Below the pieces are notes generated by a model. That model ran no database searches, had not been told where the DNA came from, and saw only the letters and a list, made by a program, of their open reading frames with translations. DNA of 64,000 nucleotides, taken from NCBI GenBank assembly GCA_040384865.1, contig JAZKIM010000006.1, positions 988-64,987 on the forward strand. The letters run 5' to 3'. The DNA comes from Patescibacteria group bacterium (GTDB lineage: Bacteria; Patescibacteriota; Minisyncoccia; Phycocordibacterales; CAIZLB01). Both the position numbers and the translations under genes were made by a program. Below, piece after piece: positions 41,356 through 49,367 of this stretch; within the stretch, counting starts at the first letter, position 1; each line of letters begins with the position of its first letter.

Positions 41356-41538
41356 TTATTTACTGATCAATTGAGTAAGCCCGGCTGCGAAGATTGCATC
41401 AAAGACGCCGAGGATAGCGGCAATGACAAGAGAAAGCACGACAACAAGAATGGTATAGAGAACGGCCTGACCTTGAGTTGGCCATGTCACATGCTTCATT
41501 TCAGCCTTTGTTTCGTTGATGTAATTGATGATTCCCAT
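41356..41538 (-). CDS. secE: Preprotein translocase subunit SecE
   Basis: 60 aa; single TM; sits upstream of nusG. Confidence 0.8.
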   Translation of the reverse strand: MGIINYINETKAEMKHVTWPTQGQAVLYTILVVVLSLVIAAILGVFDAIFAAGLTQLISK

Positions 41539-41715
41539 GGTGTTACTGTGTTATTTTACGGTTAATTTGCGTTATTATACGCTTCATTTTGGTATTTAAA
41601 AACACCCTTTCGGGTGCTGTTTATAGCTGCATATTACGCCTAAAAACTATTTTGTCAACCTCATTAAAAACACAAAAAATCAGCGTCAATCATAACGTAG
41701 CACACAAACAACAAA

Positions 41716-41750
41716 AAGGTGGCGTCCGCGAGCGAACGCCACCTTTTGAA
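41716..41750. terminator. Bidirectional terminator (aaaaggtggcgtccgcgagcgaacgccaccttttg)
   Basis: 10-bp GC stem with A/T flanks. Confidence 0.7.
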
Positions 41751-41874
41751 AACTAAGGTTATTTCAAACTATCGATTTCAGCGAGCACACCCTGAAGCCT
41801 GCGGGACTTGAGATGAGGGCGTACACAAAGGCCTCACGTTCAAGCTTATACTTCGCGCTCTTTACAGCCTTAAT

Positions 41875-42720
41875 TTATCGAATTGAATATGAGACTGTCA
41901 CATCCGCAGAAACTGTTTGGCTGCCATTTGGAATTTCTGGAATAACAGGTGTTTTTGCCTGATTCATAACAGCATCACGTGCAGAGCCATATGCCATCGG
42001 GTAGTACCCACCGTAACTTTCGTTAAAAGAGGCAACACCTTTGATCTTCACACCTAGTGCTGAGGCGATTTCTTCAGCCTGCGCACGAGCTTTTTCTACA
42101 GCCTCGACACGAGCTTGCTGCCTTACTGCATCTATATCATCAAATGTGAAATATGCACTTCCCGGCTTCACACCAAACTGACCCACTCCAGCAATGAGCT
42201 CTCCGATTTTATTATCACCTTCCTTGACCCCTCTAAGCTTCACCGTCACTGTCTGATTAGTGGTGTAACCGATAATCTTAGGACAAGAATTGTATACCGG
42301 AGGAACGGGGGCAATAGCTTTGCTATCACCAGAAGCCGAAACGGAAACATTACATGGAGCGTTGTAATCATACAATTCATTTGTACTGTATGACTGGTTT
42401 GAAATATCCTTAGCGTCAACGCCATTCTTCTTGAGATACGCTACGGCATTATTACTCTTTTCAGCAGCCTTATCCTGCGCCGCCTGAACCGTGGCACCAT
42501 TCTCTGTTACTGTCCAAGAGAATGTAGCAACATCAGGAATAGCTTCCACTTCACTATGGCCTGTAACAGTAATGACTCGAGACATGTCAGTAGGACTGTC
42601 ACCTACCGATGGAAGAGCTTTTATTTCCGTAACTATCTTCGTAGCCAAGAGAACAGACAAGAGTGTCAGAGCAAGAACTCCGGCTGTGCGTAAATGATTA
42701 TTAAGCTGCTCGTTGTTCAT
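41875..42720 (-). CDS. SIMPL-domain (DUF541, YggE-like) periplasmic/secreted protein
   Basis: 281 aa; N-terminal TM/signal; SIMPL-type alpha/beta pattern. Confidence 0.7.
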   Translation of the reverse strand: MNNEQLNNHLRTAGVLALTLLSVLLATKIVTEIKALPSVGDSPTDMSRVITVTGHSEVEAIPDVATFSWTVTENGATVQAAQDKAAEKSNNAVAYLKKNGVDAKDISNQSYSTNELYDYNAPCNVSVSASGDSKAIAPVPPVYNSCPKIIGYTTNQTVTVKLRGVKEGDNKIGELIAGVGQFGVKPGSAYFTFDDIDAVRQQARVEAVEKARAQAEEIASALGVKIKGVASFNESYGGYYPMAYGSARDAVMNQAKTPVIPEIPNGSQTVSADVTVSYSIR

Positions 42721-42792
42721 ATTTATATATTTAACTATTAGACCTCTATTCTATCACTTCACACAAATTTTCAAAAAGATAAACAACAACCT

Positions 42793-43212
42793 CTACTTAT
42801 CTCGTGTAAACAAACTTGCCGCAACAAATATAAACCCACCGGACATATCCGCCACAAGGTCAAGCAAAGAATCGTTTAAGTCTCCGCTACGAAACCACTC
42901 GAGTAACCATGGAAAATACTGTGGACTATAGAGTGAAGAGAGTCGTTCCATAAATTCCCAAAGAACTCCTATGAAACAAACCGTTGAAACGGAAACGAGT
43001 AGTAAATTGAGAGACGTCAATTTGGTTTGAGGAGAATTAAAGTATCTATAGAAAAACCACCCGAGTATCACCCCTCCCAACACATGGTATACCTTATCGA
43101 GACTCTTTATTTGTCCGTACAAGCCAAAGTAGTTCGAAACAAACAATCCAAAAATAATTACGATCAAACCGATAATAATTGGTGACAAATACTTTTTGAT
43201 ATGGAGTTTCAT
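42793..43212 (-). CDS. Hypothetical 4-TM membrane protein
   Basis: 139 aa hydrophobic. Confidence 0.4.
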   Translation of the reverse strand: MKLHIKKYLSPIIIGLIVIIFGLFVSNYFGLYGQIKSLDKVYHVLGGVILGWFFYRYFNSPQTKLTSLNLLLVSVSTVCFIGVLWEFMERLSSLYSPQYFPWLLEWFRSGDLNDSLLDLVADMSGGFIFVAASLFTRDK

Positions 43213-43227
43213 ATATTTACCCTGCTC

Positions 43228-43998
43228 TTACCACCATAATAACAAGAACAAAACAGCCAGTACAATACGATACCATCCAAATACAGCGAAACTGTGTTTT
43301 TGTATATATGCAAGAAATGTTTTAACAGCAATGAGTGCCACTAGGAACGATACGGTGAAACCTATAGCAAGCGATCCAAATTGATCCATTGAAAAACTCC
43401 CCGCATTTTTAAAGAGATCTAGTCCGCTTGCCGCAAGCATTGTCGGAATAGCTAAGAGAAATGAAAAATCTACTATAGTCTTCTTGTCCACACCAATAAG
43501 CTGACCTCCGACAATTGTTGCAGCAGAGCGAGAAACCCCTGGAATAATAGCTATTGCCTGGAATACTCCCACCCAGAAAGCTTGCCAGTACGTAGGCTCG
43601 CTATTACCTTCGAACGTAGGTGCACGCTTCTTTATAAGACGTTCAAATACAATAAGGGCAACCCCTCCAACGAATAGTGCGCCAATAACCACCCACACAT
43701 TACCAAGCAGATATGTTTTTACCAATCTGTAAAAAACTAATCCAATTACTGCGGTTGGAATAAATCCAACAATAATCTTCCCCGCGAGAGAGAAGCTTGA
43801 AAAGATACGTTGCCGGTACAGAACAACAACAGCCAAGATAGCTCCGAGCTGAATAACGACATCAAAACTCTTTGTAAATTCAGACTCTCCAATTCCTAAT
43901 AATTTCCCCGCCAAGATCAAATGACCAGTTGATGAAATAGGTAAAAATTCTGTTATGCCTTCTATGATGCCGAGTAGTAGTGCGTGAAAAATATCCAT
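43228..43998 (-). CDS. uppP: Undecaprenyl-diphosphate phosphatase (BacA/UppP)
   Basis: 256 aa; GITEFLPISSTGHL motif. Confidence 0.9.
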   Translation of the reverse strand: MDIFHALLLGIIEGITEFLPISSTGHLILAGKLLGIGESEFTKSFDVVIQLGAILAVVVLYRQRIFSSFSLAGKIIVGFIPTAVIGLVFYRLVKTYLLGNVWVVIGALFVGGVALIVFERLIKKRAPTFEGNSEPTYWQAFWVGVFQAIAIIPGVSRSAATIVGGQLIGVDKKTIVDFSFLLAIPTMLAASGLDLFKNAGSFSMDQFGSLAIGFTVSFLVALIAVKTFLAYIQKHSFAVFGWYRIVLAVLFLLLWW

Positions 43999-44025
43999 TT
44001 GTACTAAAGTTTTCCGATAGAGTTA

Positions 44026-44595
44026 TTAAATGTGTTCTTCACCGAAGAAAGAAGCTAATGCTTTATCTACTGCTTCGTACAATTCCTCAAGAGAGCCCTG
44101 ATTATATACTATCCCATCGGCCATATCGATACAGGCGCGCAAATTTTGTGAACTCGGATCAGAAGAAGACATTTCTCTTTGCTCATCAGACTTAAATCTT
44201 TCCAAAGTTACATGATCTGTGGAAAGATTTCTTTTAACAATTCGCTCGTAACGAAGTTCAATATTCGCATCCACCGCAAGTAAAAAGAAATTATCCTTAT
44301 CTCTCAAAAAAGAAACCTCTCCGGGGGTACGGAGAGATTCAATGATAGCGTTTTTTCCTTCGGCCGCGGCTGTCTCATAGAGAGACAAAGCGATGAAAAA
44401 TGGACCGTTTTCATGACGGAGACTATTGGCAACTGTGGTGAAGCTATCACGATCCACAGGAAGACCTCGACGTTTAACCTCGGTGGTCAAAAACTCTCGT
44501 GCCGAGTAGTGCATAAAGTCTTTTTTCTTTGACAGATATTCAACAACCGTTCCCTTCCCCGCACCAATAGTTCCAGTAATACCGATGATAATCAT
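44026..44595 (-). CDS. P-loop nucleotide kinase (dephospho-CoA-kinase-like fold)
   Basis: 189 aa; GITGTIGAGKGT Walker A. Confidence 0.5.
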   Translation of the reverse strand: MIIIGITGTIGAGKGTVVEYLSKKKDFMHYSAREFLTTEVKRRGLPVDRDSFTTVANSLRHENGPFFIALSLYETAAAEGKNAIIESLRTPGEVSFLRDKDNFFLLAVDANIELRYERIVKRNLSTDHVTLERFKSDEQREMSSSDPSSQNLRACIDMADGIVYNQGSLEELYEAVDKALASFFGEEHI

Positions 44596-44615
44596 ATTGG
44601 AAATATTCTAACATA

Positions 44616-45131
44616 TCAGTTGCCCCTTTTTACCGATATCCGTGTATAAAAAATAACAGACAATAGGAACCAGAAAGTTCCAAGGCAAATTCCCCCAACA
44701 ACATCATTAAAGGTATGTACGCCCAAATATATGCGACTATAAGAAACAAGCATTGGGACGCCAAGTCCCGCAATAATCAAAAAAAACTTACCCGTTCTAG
44801 ATTTAACATGAGAAAGATATGAGTAGGTAAGAAGGAAAAAGAAAAGTGTTGCCATCGCAGCATGACCGCTTGGAAAGCTATACCCTGGTGCCTGAATGAT
44901 TCCATCAACTGGACGTGGGATTTGAAACCATTGTTTCAATAGCCAAACGGAACCGCCACCAAGCGACATAAAGATAACAAACTGGAAAAAGTGATAAATC
45001 TTTTTATGCGACAATAAAAATATTCCAAGCACTATGCATAAAATAGTAATACTTTGAGGACTACCGATTTTAGAAACAAAGATCATAAATTCACTAAATG
45101 ACATATATGGATAGTATAACAAAGTAAACAA
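44616..45131 (-). CDS. PAP2-family membrane phosphatase
   Basis: 171 aa; PSGHAAMA and SRIYLGVHTFNDVVGG motifs. Confidence 0.75.
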   Translation of the reverse strand: MFTLLYYPYMSFSEFMIFVSKIGSPQSITILCIVLGIFLLSHKKIYHFFQFVIFMSLGGGSVWLLKQWFQIPRPVDGIIQAPGYSFPSGHAAMATLFFFLLTYSYLSHVKSRTGKFFLIIAGLGVPMLVSYSRIYLGVHTFNDVVGGICLGTFWFLLSVIFYTRISVKRGN

Positions 45132-45178
45132 AATGGCCGGTCGCGACTAGAACGCGACCGGCCCCTAAACCATTGATG

Positions 45179-46084
45179 TTATGCCGCAGGAACAAGACGC
45201 ACGTGAACACTTCCCCTTTTCCCCTCCTTGATTGCCAGCGGCCGGCCATCAAGGGAAATGGGTACAATGCTGTATTTCAAGCCGCAAAAAAATTTGTCGT
45301 TACAGAGACGACCAATCGCGGCTTTGGTGGCTGTTATTCGGCGCTCCAGACCGATGTTCAGGGAATTGACCTTTCCGCTCCCCTCAACCTTCACCGGGTG
45401 TGCTTTGCAGTCCTCGTGCGGACAGATTATAAGTTCACACATACCCAGATTGGTCTTGGCGTAGCGAAGGTTCTCGCGGGCCCAGCGACGAAGCGAGCTC
45501 CATGCACGCTTCCTGGTTGTCGTCAGGTGGTAGAGACAACCAGGTATTGTTAACCACGAAGCATCCAGCAACTCAACCTCAATTTCCGTACGAACACGGG
45601 CGAGCCTCGGATCGATGCACCCGAGGACGCATCGATTAACCTTCCTACGCGGAAACTCGACAATTTCATTACCGTCCCGTGCCGTTCCTTTGGCATCCAA
45701 TTCGAGGCAGCGTACAACCGGTGTGTAATCCAATTTAGCCGAATGCCTTACCGACTTTGCCATTGCCTCGACCAACTCTCGCACCGCCTTGGTATCCTCT
45801 CCGTAGTCAATGATCACCAGCACCTCGGCTGGCCGATGTAGAGAAAACCCCATTGTTGAGATGGTCATCATCGCCTCCAACAGCTTTCTCCAGTGACGAG
45901 ACTTGAAGATCTCATTAAACGGCATCATGTGGCAAAGAGGGTCATATGCCCCCCTCACCAAAAGTTGAACGGCCGACGGGGTGAACCGAGTGCTCGGACA
46001 GATGACTAACGCCCGCGAATACTCAGCCTTGGGAGAACTAAGTGTTTCGGGTGGGTGATGAACTACAGGTGTTATTTCAAACAT
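45179..46084 (-). CDS. Hypothetical protein in a GC-rich patch; its C-terminal half has Cys/His/Cys motifs resembling the beta-carbonic-anhydrase zinc site
   Basis: 301 aa; LGCIDPR...ICPHEDCKA compared with beta-CA CxDxR...HxxC; GC visibly about 55%. Confidence 0.3.
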   Translation of the reverse strand: MFEITPVVHHPPETLSSPKAEYSRALVICPSTRFTPSAVQLLVRGAYDPLCHMMPFNEIFKSRHWRKLLEAMMTISTMGFSLHRPAEVLVIIDYGEDTKAVRELVEAMAKSVRHSAKLDYTPVVRCLELDAKGTARDGNEIVEFPRRKVNRCVLGCIDPRLARVRTEIEVELLDASWLTIPGCLYHLTTTRKRAWSSLRRWARENLRYAKTNLGMCELIICPHEDCKAHPVKVEGSGKVNSLNIGLERRITATKAAIGRLCNDKFFCGLKYSIVPISLDGRPLAIKEGKRGSVHVRLVPAA

Positions 46085-46218
46085 ACGACCCCTCCTTTTT
46101 GTTTTTCTTTTTCATTTTTCCTAACTAACTTGGTTGTGAACGTGTACTGTTTTTTGGAATCCTTTTCCCGTTTTCCTAAAGGACACTATTACTCAAAACT
46201 GTCAAACCGTCAACGATC

Positions 46219-46737
46219 TTATCTTATACCACTATCAAAAGAGAGCACGACGTTTGTATATTGATCTTCCTCTACCACAACCTTTTGAGGCGAAAGTGCG
46301 GGCAGTATCCCCTCTCCACCAGCCACAACGGTGTAGTTTCCTGGGGCAAGCATAATACTAAAGGATCCATCTTTGGAAGAAGTAGCTATCATTACTGAAC
46401 CATACTGATTAAGGAATTTGATCGTGGTTACAAGAGGTTTATCACTGCATTCTTCCTCGCTACCCTCCTTCATCACAGGGCAAGTAGGCCCAACCATCGC
46501 AACACCCTTGATTCCTGATTTATACAACACAGGGGGTGAGTAACTCTCGCGGCGGGAATACGCTCGATCGGCCGAAGAATAACTTTTTACTGCCGCCTCA
46601 TTTTCACTATCATATATGGCCATGGTCTTTTGATATTCGCGACCTATAAAAAACACAAGAATTGGTACCGCCCCGAGAAGAACAAGAGCGCTTGCAAGTT
46701 TTGAATACCAGGTGACATTATTAAAATCTATTTTCAT
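46219..46737 (-). CDS. Membrane-anchored protein with carboxypeptidase-regulatory-like beta-sandwich domain
   Basis: Start probably MKIDFNNV; N-terminal TM; DGSFSIMLAPGNYTVVAGG pattern. Confidence 0.4.
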   Translation of the reverse strand: MKIDFNNVTWYSKLASALVLLGAVPILVFFIGREYQKTMAIYDSENEAAVKSYSSADRAYSRRESYSPPVLYKSGIKGVAMVGPTCPVMKEGSEEECSDKPLVTTIKFLNQYGSVMIATSSKDGSFSIMLAPGNYTVVAGGEGILPALSPQKVVVEEDQYTNVVLSFDSGIR

Positions 46738-46759
46738 ACGTTTAAAATTATAACATTGC

Positions 46760-47161
46760 CTATGCAATAATACTCGTGCAATGTGCGCATCGCTTTGCTG
46801 CGATTGGAATTTCACTCAAACACTCTGGGCACTTCTTCGTTGTCGGATCTGCTGGTTTTTCATTACGAGACCGCGAAATTAATTTATTAATAGGGGTAAC
46901 AACGAAAAAATAAATAGCTACAGAAACCAAAAGAAAAGATACTACGTTGTTCAAGAAATCACCATACATAAAAATACTGTCATTAAGAACAAACTTTGCC
47001 TCCGAAAAATCTGGAACCTTGGCGATTGCTCCTATAAATGGAGTAAGGATATCCTTAACAAGAGCATTCACCACCCCGTTAAAGGAAGCTCCGATGACCA
47101 CACCGACAGCTAAATCGACGACATTACCCCGGAGAATAAACTGTTTAAAACCTTTAAGCAT
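46760..47161 (-). CDS. mscL: Large-conductance mechanosensitive channel MscL with C-terminal CxxC...CxxC zinc-ribbon-like tail
   Basis: 133 aa; MLKGFKQFILRGNVVDLAVGVVIGASF; tail CPECLSEIPIAAKRCAHC. Confidence 0.85.
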   Translation of the reverse strand: MLKGFKQFILRGNVVDLAVGVVIGASFNGVVNALVKDILTPFIGAIAKVPDFSEAKFVLNDSIFMYGDFLNNVVSFLLVSVAIYFFVVTPINKLISRSRNEKPADPTTKKCPECLSEIPIAAKRCAHCTSIIA

Positions 47162-47214
47162 GGAGATGTTATTAAGTTTAGGCTATTCGTACCCAATTAC
47201 TATATAATATTTAT

Positions 47215-47793
47215 ATGAAAAACCAAGCGTATGCTGAACGCACCAACGAAAAGATGAAGGAGGTCCTCATGAACCCCGCAGCAGCTGGCCCTGAAATACA
47301 TTATTACATGATTCGCGGTGGTTCGAAAAAAAAGAATATCACCGTTTGGGAATCTGGTACGGTAGGCGGTGAATACATCAAAGCATATGGCCACTATCAT
47401 ATCGATGACTTCATCGAAACATACTGGGTGCTTGAAGGCCAAGGACTTCTCCTCTTACAGATGCGTAAGAAAGATAGCATGGGAAAATTTATCGATGACG
47501 AAATAGATTCATTCGAAGCTATTTCAGTACGAGCTGGTAGCAAGATCGTCATCCCCCCATTTGCCGGCCACTTGATGATTAACACCGGATCAACATGGCT
47601 CGCCACATCAGATGACAGTCCGGTTAATTTCGATGCTGGGGACTCTGCAAGTCAACCAGCTCATGCCGACTACGAACCACTTCGAAAACTGAATGGCTTT
47701 GCGTATTATGTTATCGAAAAGAACGGTAGACCTGAGTTCGTGAAGAACCCGAATTATAAAACGATTCCCGATATCACCCATCGAACAGCCTAA
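47215..47793 (+). CDS. Cupin-type glucose-6-phosphate isomerase (archaeal cPGI-like)
   Basis: 192 aa; AYGHYHIDDFIETYWVLEGQG cupin metal motif typical of cupin PGI. Confidence 0.65.
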   Translation: MKNQAYAERTNEKMKEVLMNPAAAGPEIHYYMIRGGSKKKNITVWESGTVGGEYIKAYGHYHIDDFIETYWVLEGQGLLLLQMRKKDSMGKFIDDEIDSFEAISVRAGSKIVIPPFAGHLMINTGSTWLATSDDSPVNFDAGDSASQPAHADYEPLRKLNGFAYYVIEKNGRPEFVKNPNYKTIPDITHRTA

Positions 47794-47797
47794 ATCT

Positions 47798-49345
47798 CTA
47801 AGAATTTACCTGAGGTTTCTTTGAAGTCTTTCTCTTTGGACGCTTTTTATGTAAATCAATTACCCGATTGAATAGATTTACATATTTTTTAGCAGATGCA
47901 CTCCAAGAAAAATCCTGTGCCATAGCACGTGACTGAATAGCTCGCCATTTCTTATTATCTCTGAAGTTTTCAAAAGCGCGAATTATAGCAATCATCAACG
48001 ATGATGAATCGAATTTTTCAAATACAAAACCTGTTCCTACTCCCTCGTCGGGATTATAATCCTCAACCGAGTCAGCGAGACCACCTACCTTGCGTACAAT
48101 AGGTACAGCTCCAAGTCGCATTGCTTCCATCTGCGTCAATCCGCAGGGTTCATATTTTGAAGGAATAACAACGGCATCTGTTCCTGAAAATACGAGATGA
48201 GGAAGGTCTGAATCAAATTGAAGGTGAATACCAACCTGAGTCGGGTTTGCTGCCTGCAACTCTTGAAAGAAAGTCATCAATTCATGATCTCCCTCTCCTA
48301 CAACGATAAGTTGTATTGGTAATTCCTGAAGCAATGTTTGAATGATAGGCTGAAGGAGATTAATCCCCTTTTGACTCCACAAACGGGAAACTATACTGAT
48401 CACAAATGTTTTTTTATCAATTGGCAAGCCAAATCGCTCCTGCAACGCCTGCTTATTTTTTAAACGCCTCTCCAGTTTTGAGGTTGTAAAATGTTCTGGT
48501 ACAAAAGGATCATTTCGCGGATCCCATAGGTCAATATTAATACCATTCAGAATACCGAACAGCACAGACCTCCTCTCTTTTAAAAGATCTTCAAGCCCTT
48601 CACCAAAATCTTTAGTTAGAATTTCCTTGGAATGATTTTCTGAAACAGTCACTATTGCATCCGAATATATGATGCCGCGTCGCAATGCATTTATTTTTAA
48701 TAATCGATTGCTTTCAAATGACGGAACCTCTGAATGCCCATCATCGTAATCCATCTCCTGCACGAACCGATGATTAAACATTCCCTGGAAAGCAAGATTG
48801 TGGATGGCAAGTAGCGACGCAATATCGGCAATTTCAAGGTCGTTCTTGTATACCGTTTTCATGTAATTAAACATATACCCCATCGGCCAATCCGCACCAA
48901 CGATTATATCTGGCTTCCACTCATCATGAAACTTAAGGAATTCAAGGACACCTCGAGACAACAAAGCCCAGCGCACAGGGTCATCTCCATAGCCGTACAC
49001 ATTAGCGCGCTGTTCGTAATATTCTTGATTCTCAAGAAAATATGTCGTAACCGGATCGACATCTTTCACCGGGGTATATCGTCGCACGTTACAAATAAGA
49101 TTCTTTGGACCCTCCTCATTATCAGTAGGCACCTCTAAATGCTCATGAATGAGTTCAAGCTCATATACATCAGGATCAATATTCAAATATCGTGGGATGA
49201 AGACTCGAGCGTCATGACCAAGTTTCTGAAGAGCCTTGGGTAGTGAGTACATTACTGCAGCAAGACCACCCACCATAGCAAAAGGGGCAGCTTCGCTTCC
49301 TACGAAAAGGATTTTTAATCCTTTCTTTGATCCAAAGAGTTTCAT
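47798..49345 (-). CDS. glgA: Glycogen/starch synthase (GT5, ADP/UDP-glucose type)
   Basis: 515 aa; N-terminal KILFVGSEAAPFAMVGGLA motif. Confidence 0.85.
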   Translation of the reverse strand: MKLFGSKKGLKILFVGSEAAPFAMVGGLAAVMYSLPKALQKLGHDARVFIPRYLNIDPDVYELELIHEHLEVPTDNEEGPKNLICNVRRYTPVKDVDPVTTYFLENQEYYEQRANVYGYGDDPVRWALLSRGVLEFLKFHDEWKPDIIVGADWPMGYMFNYMKTVYKNDLEIADIASLLAIHNLAFQGMFNHRFVQEMDYDDGHSEVPSFESNRLLKINALRRGIIYSDAIVTVSENHSKEILTKDFGEGLEDLLKERRSVLFGILNGINIDLWDPRNDPFVPEHFTTSKLERRLKNKQALQERFGLPIDKKTFVISIVSRLWSQKGINLLQPIIQTLLQELPIQLIVVGEGDHELMTFFQELQAANPTQVGIHLQFDSDLPHLVFSGTDAVVIPSKYEPCGLTQMEAMRLGAVPIVRKVGGLADSVEDYNPDEGVGTGFVFEKFDSSSLMIAIIRAFENFRDNKKWRAIQSRAMAQDFSWSASAKKYVNLFNRVIDLHKKRPKRKTSKKPQVNS

Positions 49346-49367
49346 AATGTATATCTATATTAGCAAT

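Noticed and set aside
41540-41760. tRNA-Trp expected upstream of secE
   Set aside because: No cloverleaf, T-loop GTTCGA or acceptor pairing could be found by eye on either strand. Only terminator-like hairpins are present.
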